Positions 1 through 7,958 of a stretch of DNA of 32,000 nt are shown here, piece by piece (position 1 is the stretch's first letter; each line of letters begins with the position of its first letter). The notes beneath the pieces were generated by a model, which worked only from the letters and a program-made list of their open reading frames with translations, had not been told where the DNA came from and did not search any database. Source of the stretch: Clostridia bacterium (lineage in GTDB: Bacteria > Bacillota > Clostridia > TANB77 > RGIG9151); assembly GCA_017934955.1 (NCBI GenBank), contig JAGBIO010000002.1, positions 20,177-52,176 on the forward strand. Reading direction: 5' to 3'. The position numbers and the translations under genes are program-made.

Positions 1-133
1 TCTGCAATGATGGCACAATCATTGTAGGGACAGCATTCATGCTGTCCTGCCTTTCTACGCTTCCTGTGGACAGCATAAATGCTGTCCCTACAGTACTTGT
101 GCCATTTTTGTAATTTTAATTCTGAATTGTAAC
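1..133. repeat. Composite REP-like element, inverted doublet. Parts: hairpin CAATGAT-N6-ATCATTG (5-24); GTAG + core GGACAGCATTCATGCTGTCC (24-47, minus orientation); 20-nt spacer; core GGACAGCATAAATGCTGTCC + CTACA (68-92, plus orientation); right arm ending TCTGAATTGTAAC (121-133). The left edge may be cut by the window.
   Basis: Read directly. TGGCACAA (11-18) pairs with TTGTGCCA (97-104), so 11-104 is one long imperfect inverted repeat. The same architecture recurs at 9454-9653. Confidence 0.85.
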
Positions 134-205
134 GTTAATTTTATTCTATCATGATTATTTTATTATGCCAAGGTGATAAATTTGTGAAGTTATTTGGAAT
201 TTTTG

Positions 206-234
206 TTGAAAAATAGTTCAATTTGGAGTAAAAT
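206..234 (+). promoter_or_regulatory. Candidate sigma-A promoter for prs
   Basis: TTGAAA (206-211), 17-nt spacer, TAAAAT (229-234), about 35 nt upstream of the prs ATG. Confidence 0.35.
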
Positions 235-268
235 GGTAGTAGAATGAATTTTAGAAAGGGAGATTTTA

Positions 269-1207
269 ATGGATGAATTAAAAGTTTTTGGTTGTAATGC
301 AAGCAAAGAGTTTACTAAAGAAGTTTGCGATTGTCTCGGCGTTCATTTGGGTGAGAGTGAAGCATTTAAGTTTGACAATGACAATACATTTGTGAAGATT
401 TTAGAGACGGTAAGAGGAGACGACGTGTTTGTTATACAATCTTCTTGTCCGCCGGTGGATGAGAATTTTATGGAACTTTTAATTACGATTGACGCCTTAA
501 AGAGAGCGTCGGCAAAGCGGATTACAGCAATTCTTCCGTATTATCCTTATGCTCGTTCGGATAAGAAGGATCAGCCGAGAGTTTCTATTACTTCAAAGTT
601 GGTTGCAGATTTATTGACTGCAGCAGGGGCAAATCGTATTTTAACTTCAGATTTGCATGCCACACAGATTTTAGGATTCTTTAATATTCCGGCAGATCAG
701 TTGATTTTTGCGGATTTATTGGCAAACTATTTTAAGGAAAAGAACTTTGAGGATTTGGTAGTGGTTGCAACAGATGCAGGAAGCTCGAAAAAAGCGTATA
801 AATATGCGAAACGTTTGGATGCACCGATTGCGATGTTGGATAAAAGAAGATTGGGAAATTCGCAGGAAACATTGATTGAGAATATTGTGGGAGATGTAAC
901 GGGAAAAACTTGTGTTATTTTTGATGATGAAATCGATCGCGGAAGTTCGATTATGAATGCGGTTCGAGTTTTGGAAGATTATAATGTGAAGGAGATTTAT
1001 GCGGCTTGTTCGCATGGGGTATTGTCCGGTCCGGCAGTTGAGAGAATTAAAAATTCTTCTATTAAGGAATTGGTTATTACAAATACCGTTCCGCTTCCGC
1101 CGGAGAAGCAAATTGATAAGATTAAGGTGTTGACGGTTGCTCCGATTTTTGCGGAGGCAATTAAGAGAATTCATGAGGGACATTCGATGGGAGAAATGTT
1201 CTATTAA
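269..1207 (+). CDS. prs: Ribose-phosphate pyrophosphokinase (PRPP synthetase)
   Basis: 312-aa ORF with typical Prs layout (N-terminal MDELKVF..., PRPP-binding loop region VVVATDAGSSKKA, DDEIDRGSS). RBS AAGGGAG upstream of ATG 269. Confidence 0.93.
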   Translation: MDELKVFGCNASKEFTKEVCDCLGVHLGESEAFKFDNDNTFVKILETVRGDDVFVIQSSCPPVDENFMELLITIDALKRASAKRITAILPYYPYARSDKKDQPRVSITSKLVADLLTAAGANRILTSDLHATQILGFFNIPADQLIFADLLANYFKEKNFEDLVVVATDAGSSKKAYKYAKRLDAPIAMLDKRRLGNSQETLIENIVGDVTGKTCVIFDDEIDRGSSIMNAVRVLEDYNVKEIYAACSHGVLSGPAVERIKNSSIKELVITNTVPLPPEKQIDKIKVLTVAPIFAEAIKRIHEGHSMGEMFY

Positions 1208-1218
1208 TAGGAGGACGC

Positions 1219-1989
1219 ATGACAAAGATTGGCGTTTTTATCAATCAGGAAAAAGATACAGAGGGAAAGATTGCCGAAGAGATAGTATCCGCTGCCAAGA
1301 AATTGGGAGCGGACTGTTCTTTGGTGGAGAAAAATCAGTCGTATGATTTTGTCATTTCGGTTGGCGGAGACGGCACGTTTTTGGGAACTGCGAGAAAGTT
1401 TATGGAGTCGGGTACTCCGATTGTGGGAGTGAATTTGGGAAATTTGGGATATTTGACTGAAATTTCCAAAGAGCAAGTTCATGATGCTTTGGCACAGATT
1501 TTAGCGGGAAACTATACTGTAGAGGAACGGATTTTATTAGAAGCGGAGTTCTTGGGGCAAAAAATGTATGCCTTAAATGATATTGTGGTAAGCCGTGGGA
1601 TTCAGACCAAATTATTGGAGTTGAATTTATTTTTTGATGGAAAGTTTGTGGATCGATATCGGGCGGATGGTCTGATTTTAGCTACTCCTACGGGTTCTAC
1701 GGCGTATTCTTTGTCTTCCGGTGGTCCGATTGCAGAGCCGGCTTTGGATGTTTTGTTGGTGACGCCGATTTGTGCGCATTCGTTGTATCAAAGACCGATT
1801 ATTGTGCGTGGAGATACCGAGATAAGAGTGGAAACGCCGGGTTGTATGGTGGTGGCTGACGGACAGGAGTTACGGGAACATTATGAGGAAACTTCTGTGA
1901 TCATTCGGAAGTCGGAGAAAACGATAAAGTTGATGAAATTGAAAGATCATTTCTTTTTCGATACGGTGAGAAAGAAATTTATGAAATAG
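1219..1989 (+). CDS. nadK: NAD kinase
   Basis: 256-aa ORF with the GGDGT motif (VISVGGDGTFLG) and a conserved C-terminal NAD-kinase fold pattern. RBS GGAGG 8 nt upstream. The stop TAG 1987-1989 lies inside the first unit of the downstream tandem repeat. Confidence 0.92.
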   Translation: MTKIGVFINQEKDTEGKIAEEIVSAAKKLGADCSLVEKNQSYDFVISVGGDGTFLGTARKFMESGTPIVGVNLGNLGYLTEISKEQVHDALAQILAGNYTVEERILLEAEFLGQKMYALNDIVVSRGIQTKLLELNLFFDGKFVDRYRADGLILATPTGSTAYSLSSGGPIAEPALDVLLVTPICAHSLYQRPIIVRGDTEIRVETPGCMVVADGQELREHYEETSVIIRKSEKTIKLMKLKDHFFFDTVRKKFMK

Positions 1990-2148
1990 TTGTAAAGCAG
2001 GGAATGGACAGCATAAATGCTGTCCGTACAGAAGGTTGAGGAATAGTTGTAAAGTAGGGAATGGACAGCATAAATGCTGTCCGTACAGAAGGTTGAGAAA
2101 TAGATGTAAAGTAGAGAATGGACAGCATAAATGCTGTCCGTACAGAAA
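1986..2148 (+). repeat. Tandem array, 3 x 57 bp. Each unit carries one core palindrome GGACAGCATAAATGCTGTCC + GTACAG (cores 2006-2025, 2063-2082, 2120-2139).
   Basis: Units start at 1986, 2043 and 2100. Units 1 and 2 differ at 2 of 57 positions. Unit 3 diverges after GTACAGAA. Whole units are repeated, not only the hairpin. Confidence 0.92.
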
Positions 2149-2168
2149 TAGGTTGGCTGGAGGAAAAG

Positions 2169-3824
2169 ATGCTGTCACACGTTCATATAAAAAATCTTGG
2201 AATTATTGATGAAATTACGATTCATTTTGAGAAGGGCTTAAATATTTTGACGGGGGAAACCGGTGCGGGAAAGTCTTTGATTATTAATGCGATTCATATG
2301 ATTTTGGGAAATAAGATGTCGAAGGATTTTATTAGGACCGGTGCGGATAAAGCTGTTGCAGAGGCTTTATTTTTTATTGAGAATGATGTGTTAAAGAGTC
2401 GATTGGCGGCGTTAGGCTATGAGGAAGATGAAATCGTGATTTATCGGGAGTTACTGTTAAACGGACGAAGCGTGACGAAGGTGAACGGAAGATTGGTGAC
2501 GCTTGGCGAGTTGCGGGCTTTAGGTGAATTGCTGATTGACTTGCATGGGCAGCATGATAATCAGTCTTTGTTAAATCCAAAGAATCATTTGGAACTTTTG
2601 GATAATTTTGCGGGGAAGGAGCTTACAAAGCGACTTTTGGAGTATAAGGAATTTTATGAGAAACGAAGAAAGATTAAGGAGAAAATGGAACAACTTGGTG
2701 GAGAGCCGGAGAAGCGAATTCGCAGTATGGAGTTTTTGAAATTTCAGATTGAGGAAATTGAGGAGGCTTCGCTTTCAGTGGGAGAGGAAGAGGAGTTGAT
2801 TCGAAAACGAAATTTGTTTATGAATTCCGAGAAAATTATGCGGGTACTTGGTGCTTGTCATGAAGGATTATCGGGAGATTCCGGAGTTTTATCCCGTTTA
2901 GAGAAGATGATGAGCGGGTTGAGGGAAATTTCGACGGTAGAAGAAAAATATCAGGAGTATGAGGAGAAGGTTAGCGAAATTTATTATTTGGCGGAGGATA
3001 TTTCTTCGGTGTTGGGACGTGAGTCGGAGAAAGTGTTTGTGGATGAGAGTGAAATGAATGTGGTTACCGACCGTTTAGACTTGATTTTTAAGTTAAAAAA
3101 GAAGTATGGGGCAGATATTGAGACAATTTTGAAGACGTTAAAGGAGTTTCATGCAGAATATGAGGAGTTGTTGTCTTCGGAGGAGATTTTGACGCAGTTG
3201 ATGAGGGAACTTGAGGAGACTGAAAAAAAGATGCGGGAGTGCGGAAAGGTACTTTCGGAATTACGTCAAAAGGCAGGCAAGAAGTTAGAAACGGGACTTA
3301 CGGAGATTTTAACGGAGTTGGAGATGCCAAAGTCGCGATTTGAAATTTCAATCCGGTCGTCTGACCATTTTGGAGAAAACGGAATGGATTCGGTGGAATT
3401 TTTATTTTCTTCGAATTTGGGAGAGTCGGTAAAACCGTTGGCGAAAATTGCTTCGGGGGGCGAAATTTCAAGAATTATGCTTTCTCTAAAGAATGTTTTA
3501 TTAAATGCCGATATAATACCGGTAATGGTCTTTGATGAAATTGATGTCGGTATTAGCGGAAAGGCCGGTTTTGCGGTGGCAGAAAAGATGCATGAGATTG
3601 CTAAGGACAAGCAAGTCATCTGTGTGACGCATTTGGCGTCGATTGCAGCTTACGCGGATTGCCATTTTTATATTAGCAAGCAGGATGAGGATGGTCGGAC
3701 CGTTACGAGACTGAAGCGATTGTTACCGGAGGAACGAGTTCAGGAAGTGGCGAGAATTATCAGCGGCGGGAATATTACAGAGGCGTCTTTGGCGCATGCG
3801 AAGGAACTTATTGCGCTTCATTAG
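2169..3824 (+). CDS. recN: DNA repair protein RecN
   Basis: SMC-like ATPase with Walker A GETGAGKS, long coiled-coil middle, and C-terminal signature/Walker B region (SGGEISRIMLSL, VMVFDEIDVGISG). Start moved from the track start 2118 to ATG 2169 (GGAGG at 2157-2161), because residues 1-17 (MDSINAVRT...) are the translated repeat. Confidence 0.93.
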   Translation: MLSHVHIKNLGIIDEITIHFEKGLNILTGETGAGKSLIINAIHMILGNKMSKDFIRTGADKAVAEALFFIENDVLKSRLAALGYEEDEIVIYRELLLNGRSVTKVNGRLVTLGELRALGELLIDLHGQHDNQSLLNPKNHLELLDNFAGKELTKRLLEYKEFYEKRRKIKEKMEQLGGEPEKRIRSMEFLKFQIEEIEEASLSVGEEEELIRKRNLFMNSEKIMRVLGACHEGLSGDSGVLSRLEKMMSGLREISTVEEKYQEYEEKVSEIYYLAEDISSVLGRESEKVFVDESEMNVVTDRLDLIFKLKKKYGADIETILKTLKEFHAEYEELLSSEEILTQLMRELEETEKKMRECGKVLSELRQKAGKKLETGLTEILTELEMPKSRFEISIRSSDHFGENGMDSVEFLFSSNLGESVKPLAKIASGGEISRIMLSLKNVLLNADIIPVMVFDEIDVGISGKAGFAVAEKMHEIAKDKQVICVTHLASIAAYADCHFYISKQDEDGRTVTRLKRLLPEERVQEVARIISGGNITEASLAHAKELIALH

Positions 3825-3827
3825 GGC

Positions 3828-3856
3828 TTGACAAAGTTTTGTTTTTATGTTAACAT
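3828..3856 (+). promoter_or_regulatory. Candidate promoter for the 3889-7236 cassette
   Basis: TTGACA (3828-3833), 17 nt, TAACAT (3851-3856). There is no terminator between recN and this site, so read-through from recN is also possible. Confidence 0.3.
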
Positions 3857-3888
3857 AAATTATAATAGGTACTAAGGAGGAAATCCGA

Positions 3889-4452
3889 ATGAGTTTTTTG
3901 GAAGGAATAGAATTTCATGTCATTCAGCCGGTTGGCGTTAATGTTATGGCGTTTGCGATTAATTTTACGAAGAAAGAGCAGTGGTTGGAATCTCCTTTAT
4001 GTACTTTGGAGAAGTTAGAATATTCTGAAACGGCTGTAGATGGAAGAATTCAGCGGACTTTCTCAATTCCGTATTCCGATGAACCGATTCAAAATGTGGT
4101 GATTTTGTCTTTAGCGAAAACACGTTGTGTGGTTGGATACGGAAAAGTGGAGAATGGTGAGTTTGTTGAAGCGAAGGAAACCATTCAGCTTCAATACAGC
4201 AATTATGCGCAGGCAGATGTAGCCGAGAGAAATTATGAATTTACGTTTAATCCAAAGCGACAAATTGTTTTGGTGGATGTAGATGAGGGAAAACAACTGT
4301 TTCCGAGTATTTCAAAACCGGATATATTTGGAAATTTAAGAGGAGTTTATAAGCTAATTCCATATAGAAATTATATTGCACTTGAGATGAATGTAAGTAT
4401 TAAATTACCTAAGACGAAGGAATCGGAAGATTTGGAGAATATGCTGCTTTAG
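3889..4452 (+). CDS. Hypothetical protein (187 aa), first gene of the coupling-protein cassette
   Basis: Strong RBS AAGGAGG 8 nt upstream and host-like codon usage. I recognise no motif. Confidence 0.7.
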   Translation: MSFLEGIEFHVIQPVGVNVMAFAINFTKKEQWLESPLCTLEKLEYSETAVDGRIQRTFSIPYSDEPIQNVVILSLAKTRCVVGYGKVENGEFVEAKETIQLQYSNYAQADVAERNYEFTFNPKRQIVLVDVDEGKQLFPSISKPDIFGNLRGVYKLIPYRNYIALEMNVSIKLPKTKESEDLENMLL

Positions 4453-4465
4453 AGGGGGAATTTGA

Positions 4466-5074
4466 ATGAGTGAAATGGAATTTGGTTTGGCGGCGACGAG
4501 TTTGCGCTTTGAGGAAGGAAACACAATACATTTTGGACAAGGAAAGGCGATTCAATTAGAGGGGATTACTCCGCCGGTTGATATTGCGAGATTGAAGGCT
4601 GAATTGGCACAAGCACAAAGCTATGAAGCGACGTTAAATGTATTAAAGGCAAATGGTGTTGATACGAAGGCGTTTATTGAAGCAAATACTGCGTTAATGA
4701 TTTTAACTTCGCCGGAGGGTACGCAATTAATGTTGAATACAAATCCGGACGAGAAACTTACTTTAAATAAAACACTTAGTCCGGAAGTGGCATTGGAACT
4801 TCAGGATGCTGCCGCAAGAAATTCCGGTATTAGCATGAAAGAGATAGAAGAGATTTTGGTAGCGCGTGGATTGATGGAAGAGAAGAGACCAGATGTGGTT
4901 CATACGGAGGAAGATAGAGGATTTGTTCATGAAGATGCGAATATGGCGCCGGATTCTGTGTTTGGTGTAGCGGACAAGTCACAGACGGAGGCAGTAAGAG
5001 ATGCTACGCAGGAGGAAATGTACAGAAGACGTCAACACGAGAGAGAACATGGCATGGATGGCATGGACCGTTAA
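4466..5074 (+). CDS. Hypothetical protein (202 aa) with a charged, probably disordered C-terminal tail
   Basis: RBS GAGGGGG upstream. Starts 13 nt after the previous stop. C-terminus rich in E/D/R/H (EEMYRRRQHEREHGMDGMDR). No recognisable motif. Confidence 0.7.
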   Translation: MSEMEFGLAATSLRFEEGNTIHFGQGKAIQLEGITPPVDIARLKAELAQAQSYEATLNVLKANGVDTKAFIEANTALMILTSPEGTQLMLNTNPDEKLTLNKTLSPEVALELQDAAARNSGISMKEIEEILVARGLMEEKRPDVVHTEEDRGFVHEDANMAPDSVFGVADKSQTEAVRDATQEEMYRRRQHEREHGMDGMDR

Positions 5075-5118
5075 TCTGTTGATATTAAAATTTTGATTTA
5101 CGAAAGAGGAGAGAAATC

Positions 5119-7005
5119 ATGGCGAATTTCTTGAATGATAGAAAGAAGCGATACATATTTTTTGGAATTCTTTTATTGATACTGGACTTTTTCATTATTG
5201 GTTCATTTGCGGTGACGTATACGCAGTGTCTCCAGAATGGATGGGGTCTGTTTGAGGGTCTCAATAAAGGGGTTCCGTATTTTTTTAAGAATTTATGGCC
5301 GTTTACCATCCTTTCTTATTTGTTTCATTATGCCGAAACGAGAGCGATGTGGATGAATTTGGCACCGGCGGCGACTTTAATCGGATTAGTGGTTATTGTG
5401 GTTTTTGAAGTGAACCAGTTTTGGTTAAAAGGAGAATATGAAGGTGTTGAGCATGGTTCCAGCGGCTGGGCGGATGGTGAGCAATATCAGATCTTAAATC
5501 GGAATACCGGAATTATTTTGGCGCAGGATAATTATTTAACGACGGATAATAAGTTTATTAATAAGAATGTCTTAATCATAGGTGGTGCGGGTTCGAGAAA
5601 ATCCAGAGGTTATATTATGCCGAATATGTTGCAAATGTTGGGTTCTTATATCGTTACCGACCCGAAAGGTGAAAACTTTGATACAGCGGCGGGATTTTTA
5701 CGAGACAACGGTTATGAAGTGCGTTGTATCAATTTGGTAAACCCGGAGTGCAGTGACTCGTATAATCCGCTGTGGCATATCGGAAGTCCGTTGGACGTTG
5801 ATATTGTCAGTGATGCTTTGATTAAGAATACCAGTAAGGGTTCGACAAATGAGGACCCGTTCTGGCCGCAAGCAGAAAGAGCGTTACTAAATTCTTGTAT
5901 TTATTATTTGTTGAGTGAAGTGCCGAAGGAAGAGCAGTCTTTGGCAAGTTGTTTGGCGATGGTTCGTGCGGGGGAAAATTTCGATTGGATGGACGATGTA
6001 TTTATGCGTCTTCCGTTTGAACATATGGCGAGAAAGAGTTATGAGACATTTCGTTTGGCGGTAGATAAGACGAGAGCGGGAGTTTTGGTTGGATTGGCAA
6101 CGCGTCTTAACGTGTTTGATACACCGCAGATTTCTTCAATTACCGGTAGCAGTTCGATCGATATTGATGCGATGGGTGAGAAAAAAATGGCTACTTTCGT
6201 TATTACACCGGATAGCCATAGTGCGTTTAACTTTATTCCGACGATGTTCTTCGGTCAGGTTTTGCAGAGATTGTATTTTAAGGCGGATCAGAATGGAGGA
6301 AAGTTGGATATACCGGTCTTCTTCCTCCTCGACGAGTTTGCGAATACGGGGCAAATTCCGGATTTTAACCAGAAGTTAAGTACCAGCCGAAGCAGAAATA
6401 TTAATATCAGTATTGTATTGCAGAGTATTGACCAGTTGATGGATATGTATAAAGATATTTATGAGAATATTATGGCGAACTGTGATACGCATTTGTTCTT
6501 AGGCAGTCAGGCAGTAAAAACGTGTGAGTATATTTCGAAGAGTTTGGGAGAAACTACAATTAATAAGAAACAACATTCCGTTAGTGGTCCGTTGGAAGGC
6601 ATTTTATCGGCAGGCGCGGGTCAAAAGTCCGAGAGTATTTCAGATAATTCGATGGGTAGAGCTTTAATGACGATTGATGAGTTAAAGCGTTTGCCGTTAG
6701 ATACCAGTATCGTTATGGTAAAGGGTATGAAGCCGATTAAGGCGAAAAAATATGATGTTTCGATGCATCCGAAGGATAAGGAGAGAATGAAGTGCAAGTT
6801 GGATCATAATGATCCGACGTTGAATCATCGTATGGAGTACAAGATTGTATATCCGTATGGCTTAAAGACCGGCCCGGCAGATACTTCTTCGCCGCTTCAT
6901 CCGAACGGAATGAATCCGGAGCCGGAAGTAGATTTGGGGGACGATGATATTCAAAAGCAGTTGGAAGCGAAATTTGATGAATTATTTGGTAGTTTAAATT
7001 CCTAA
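5119..7005 (+). CDS. VirD4/TraG/TraD-family type IV coupling protein-like ATPase (membrane anchored)
   Basis: N-terminal hydrophobic segments (IFFGILLLILDFFIIGSFAV; LAPAATLIGLVVIVVF). P-loop IIGGAGSRKSRG. Walker B block FFLLDEFANTGQIPDF followed by SRSRNINISIVLQSIDQL, the pattern typical of T4CPs. RBS AGAGGAG. Confidence 0.82.
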   Translation: MANFLNDRKKRYIFFGILLLILDFFIIGSFAVTYTQCLQNGWGLFEGLNKGVPYFFKNLWPFTILSYLFHYAETRAMWMNLAPAATLIGLVVIVVFEVNQFWLKGEYEGVEHGSSGWADGEQYQILNRNTGIILAQDNYLTTDNKFINKNVLIIGGAGSRKSRGYIMPNMLQMLGSYIVTDPKGENFDTAAGFLRDNGYEVRCINLVNPECSDSYNPLWHIGSPLDVDIVSDALIKNTSKGSTNEDPFWPQAERALLNSCIYYLLSEVPKEEQSLASCLAMVRAGENFDWMDDVFMRLPFEHMARKSYETFRLAVDKTRAGVLVGLATRLNVFDTPQISSITGSSSIDIDAMGEKKMATFVITPDSHSAFNFIPTMFFGQVLQRLYFKADQNGGKLDIPVFFLLDEFANTGQIPDFNQKLSTSRSRNINISIVLQSIDQLMDMYKDIYENIMANCDTHLFLGSQAVKTCEYISKSLGETTINKKQHSVSGPLEGILSAGAGQKSESISDNSMGRALMTIDELKRLPLDTSIVMVKGMKPIKAKKYDVSMHPKDKERMKCKLDHNDPTLNHRMEYKIVYPYGLKTGPADTSSPLHPNGMNPEPEVDLGDDDIQKQLEAKFDELFGSLNS

Positions 7006-7065
7006 AATCCCTATGTATTATTTTGTTCGGAAAGAAAAAAATAATACCATAGAGAGGTGAGAAAT

Positions 7066-7236
7066 ATGAGTCGTTTTGCGAAGGGAATTATTGCCGGCAG
7101 TGTGATTGCGGCGGCACTTGGTGTGACCGGTATGGCAAATAACAGATGGATGAAGAGAAGAGTTTGGAAACCGAGTAAGTCGGCTGCGAAGAAGCTTGCA
7201 AGAATGATGAATGAGGTTGCAAATATGATTGACTAA
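7066..7236 (+). CDS. Small membrane peptide (56 aa), below the ORF-track cutoff
   Basis: Hand translation: MSRFAKGIIAGSVIAAALGVTGMANNRWMKRRVWKPSKSAAKKLARMMNEVANMID. RBS GAGAGGTGA 6 nt upstream. One hydrophobic helix, then a basic tail. A strong terminator follows directly. Confidence 0.5.
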   Translation: MSRFAKGIIAGSVIAAALGVTGMANNRWMKRRVWKPSKSAAKKLARMMNEVANMID

Positions 7237-7248
7237 AAGTATTGAAAA

Positions 7249-7283
7249 CTAAGGACAGCATATGGTATGCTGTCCTTAGTTTT
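7249..7283 (+). terminator. Intrinsic terminator whose stem contains the repeat-family core
   Basis: Perfect 14-bp stem CTAAGGACAGCATA / TATGCTGTCCTTAG (7249-7262 / 7266-7279), 3-nt loop, then TTTT (7280-7283). Confidence 0.7.
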
Positions 7284-7313
7284 AGGAAATTTATCGGGAA
7301 GGTGGAGAAGAAT

Positions 7314-7946
7314 ATGATAGAAGATGGGATTCGGGTTTTAGGGCATGCGTCGATTCGTTTGGAAAAGGAAAGAAAAGTGATTTACATAGATCCTTATAAA
7401 GTGGAGGAGAGGCATGATGCGGATGTTATTTTTTGTACACATCCTCATTATGACCATTTTTCGGAGACGGATATTTTGCGTTTGAAGAAGGATTCGACGA
7501 AGTTGGTTGTTGTGCGGGAATCTTATGAAGATGCGTTAAAAATGGGATTTAATGAAGAGGACGTTGTTGTTGCAGAAATTGGGAAAAACGGTGAAGTGGC
7601 GGAAATTTCCTTTTCGGTGATTCCGTCTTACAACGTTATGAAACCGTTTCATCCGAAAGGGAAGCAGTGGGTTGGTTATCTTCTTACGTTGGATGGCATT
7701 CGTTATTATATTGCAGGGGATACCGATAAGATTCCGGAGATGGAGTCGATTTCCTGTGATGTGGCGTTTTTGCCGGTGGGGGGTACGTATACGATGAATG
7801 CACAGAATGCGGCGGAGGCGGCGAATTTGATAAAGCCGAAGATTGCGATTCCGATTCATTTTGGCAGTATTGTGGGGACTCGAAAGGATGCGGAAGAGTT
7901 TGTGAAGAATTTAGAGACAGGAATAATTGGGAAAATATTTGATTAA
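7314..7946 (+). CDS. MBL-fold metallo-hydrolase
   Basis: HxHxDH motif (THPHYDHF). Start moved from TTG 7242 to ATG 7314 (RBS GGTGGAG), because the extension runs through the terminator hairpin. Confidence 0.85.
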   Translation: MIEDGIRVLGHASIRLEKERKVIYIDPYKVEERHDADVIFCTHPHYDHFSETDILRLKKDSTKLVVVRESYEDALKMGFNEEDVVVAEIGKNGEVAEISFSVIPSYNVMKPFHPKGKQWVGYLLTLDGIRYYIAGDTDKIPEMESISCDVAFLPVGGTYTMNAQNAAEAANLIKPKIAIPIHFGSIVGTRKDAEEFVKNLETGIIGKIFD

Positions 7947-7958
7947 CGGAGGATTTTT

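Noticed and set aside
2006-2139. The palindrome as an SOS/LexA-type operator, because it precedes recN, mutL and flanks mutS2
   Set aside because: The Firmicutes SOS box is GAAC-N4-GTTC, which is absent here. The motif also sits next to unrelated genes (prs, secG/rnr, kduD, thioesterase, radical SAM) and in tandem or inverted arrays typical of repeats rather than operators.
1986-2148. Regularly spaced hairpin repeats as a possible CRISPR array
   Set aside because: The sequence between the palindromes is repeated too (whole 57-bp units, 55 of 57 identical), so there are no unique spacers. There are only three units and no cas genes in the window.
2118-2168. N-terminal extension MDSINAVRTEIGWLEEK on the recN ORF. 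The same MDSINAVRT peptide starts the mutL ORF (12424) and, as MNAVRT, the 26023 ORF.
   Set aside because: The shared peptide is the in-frame translation of the repeat core. Proper RBS + start codons lie downstream (2169, 12493, 26089), and the homologous proteins start there.
1870-2178. Minus-strand ORF with reiterated YGQHLCCPFP motifs. Similar ORFs occur at 21313-21585 and 21098-21553, and as the N-terminus of 22562-23473.
   Set aside because: These are translations of the tandem palindromes on the opposite strand. They have no RBS and overlap real genes or terminators.
3889-7236. The coupling-protein cassette as part of a recently integrated ICE
   Set aside because: Not supported within the window. 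The composition is host-like, a host repeat core forms its terminator, and no recombinase, relaxase or boundary repeats are present. The idea is kept as an open alternative in the finding.
7242-7313. Longer MBL hydrolase ORF starting at TTG 7242
   Set aside because: The extension is translated from the terminator hairpin. ATG 7314 has an RBS and begins the conserved domain.
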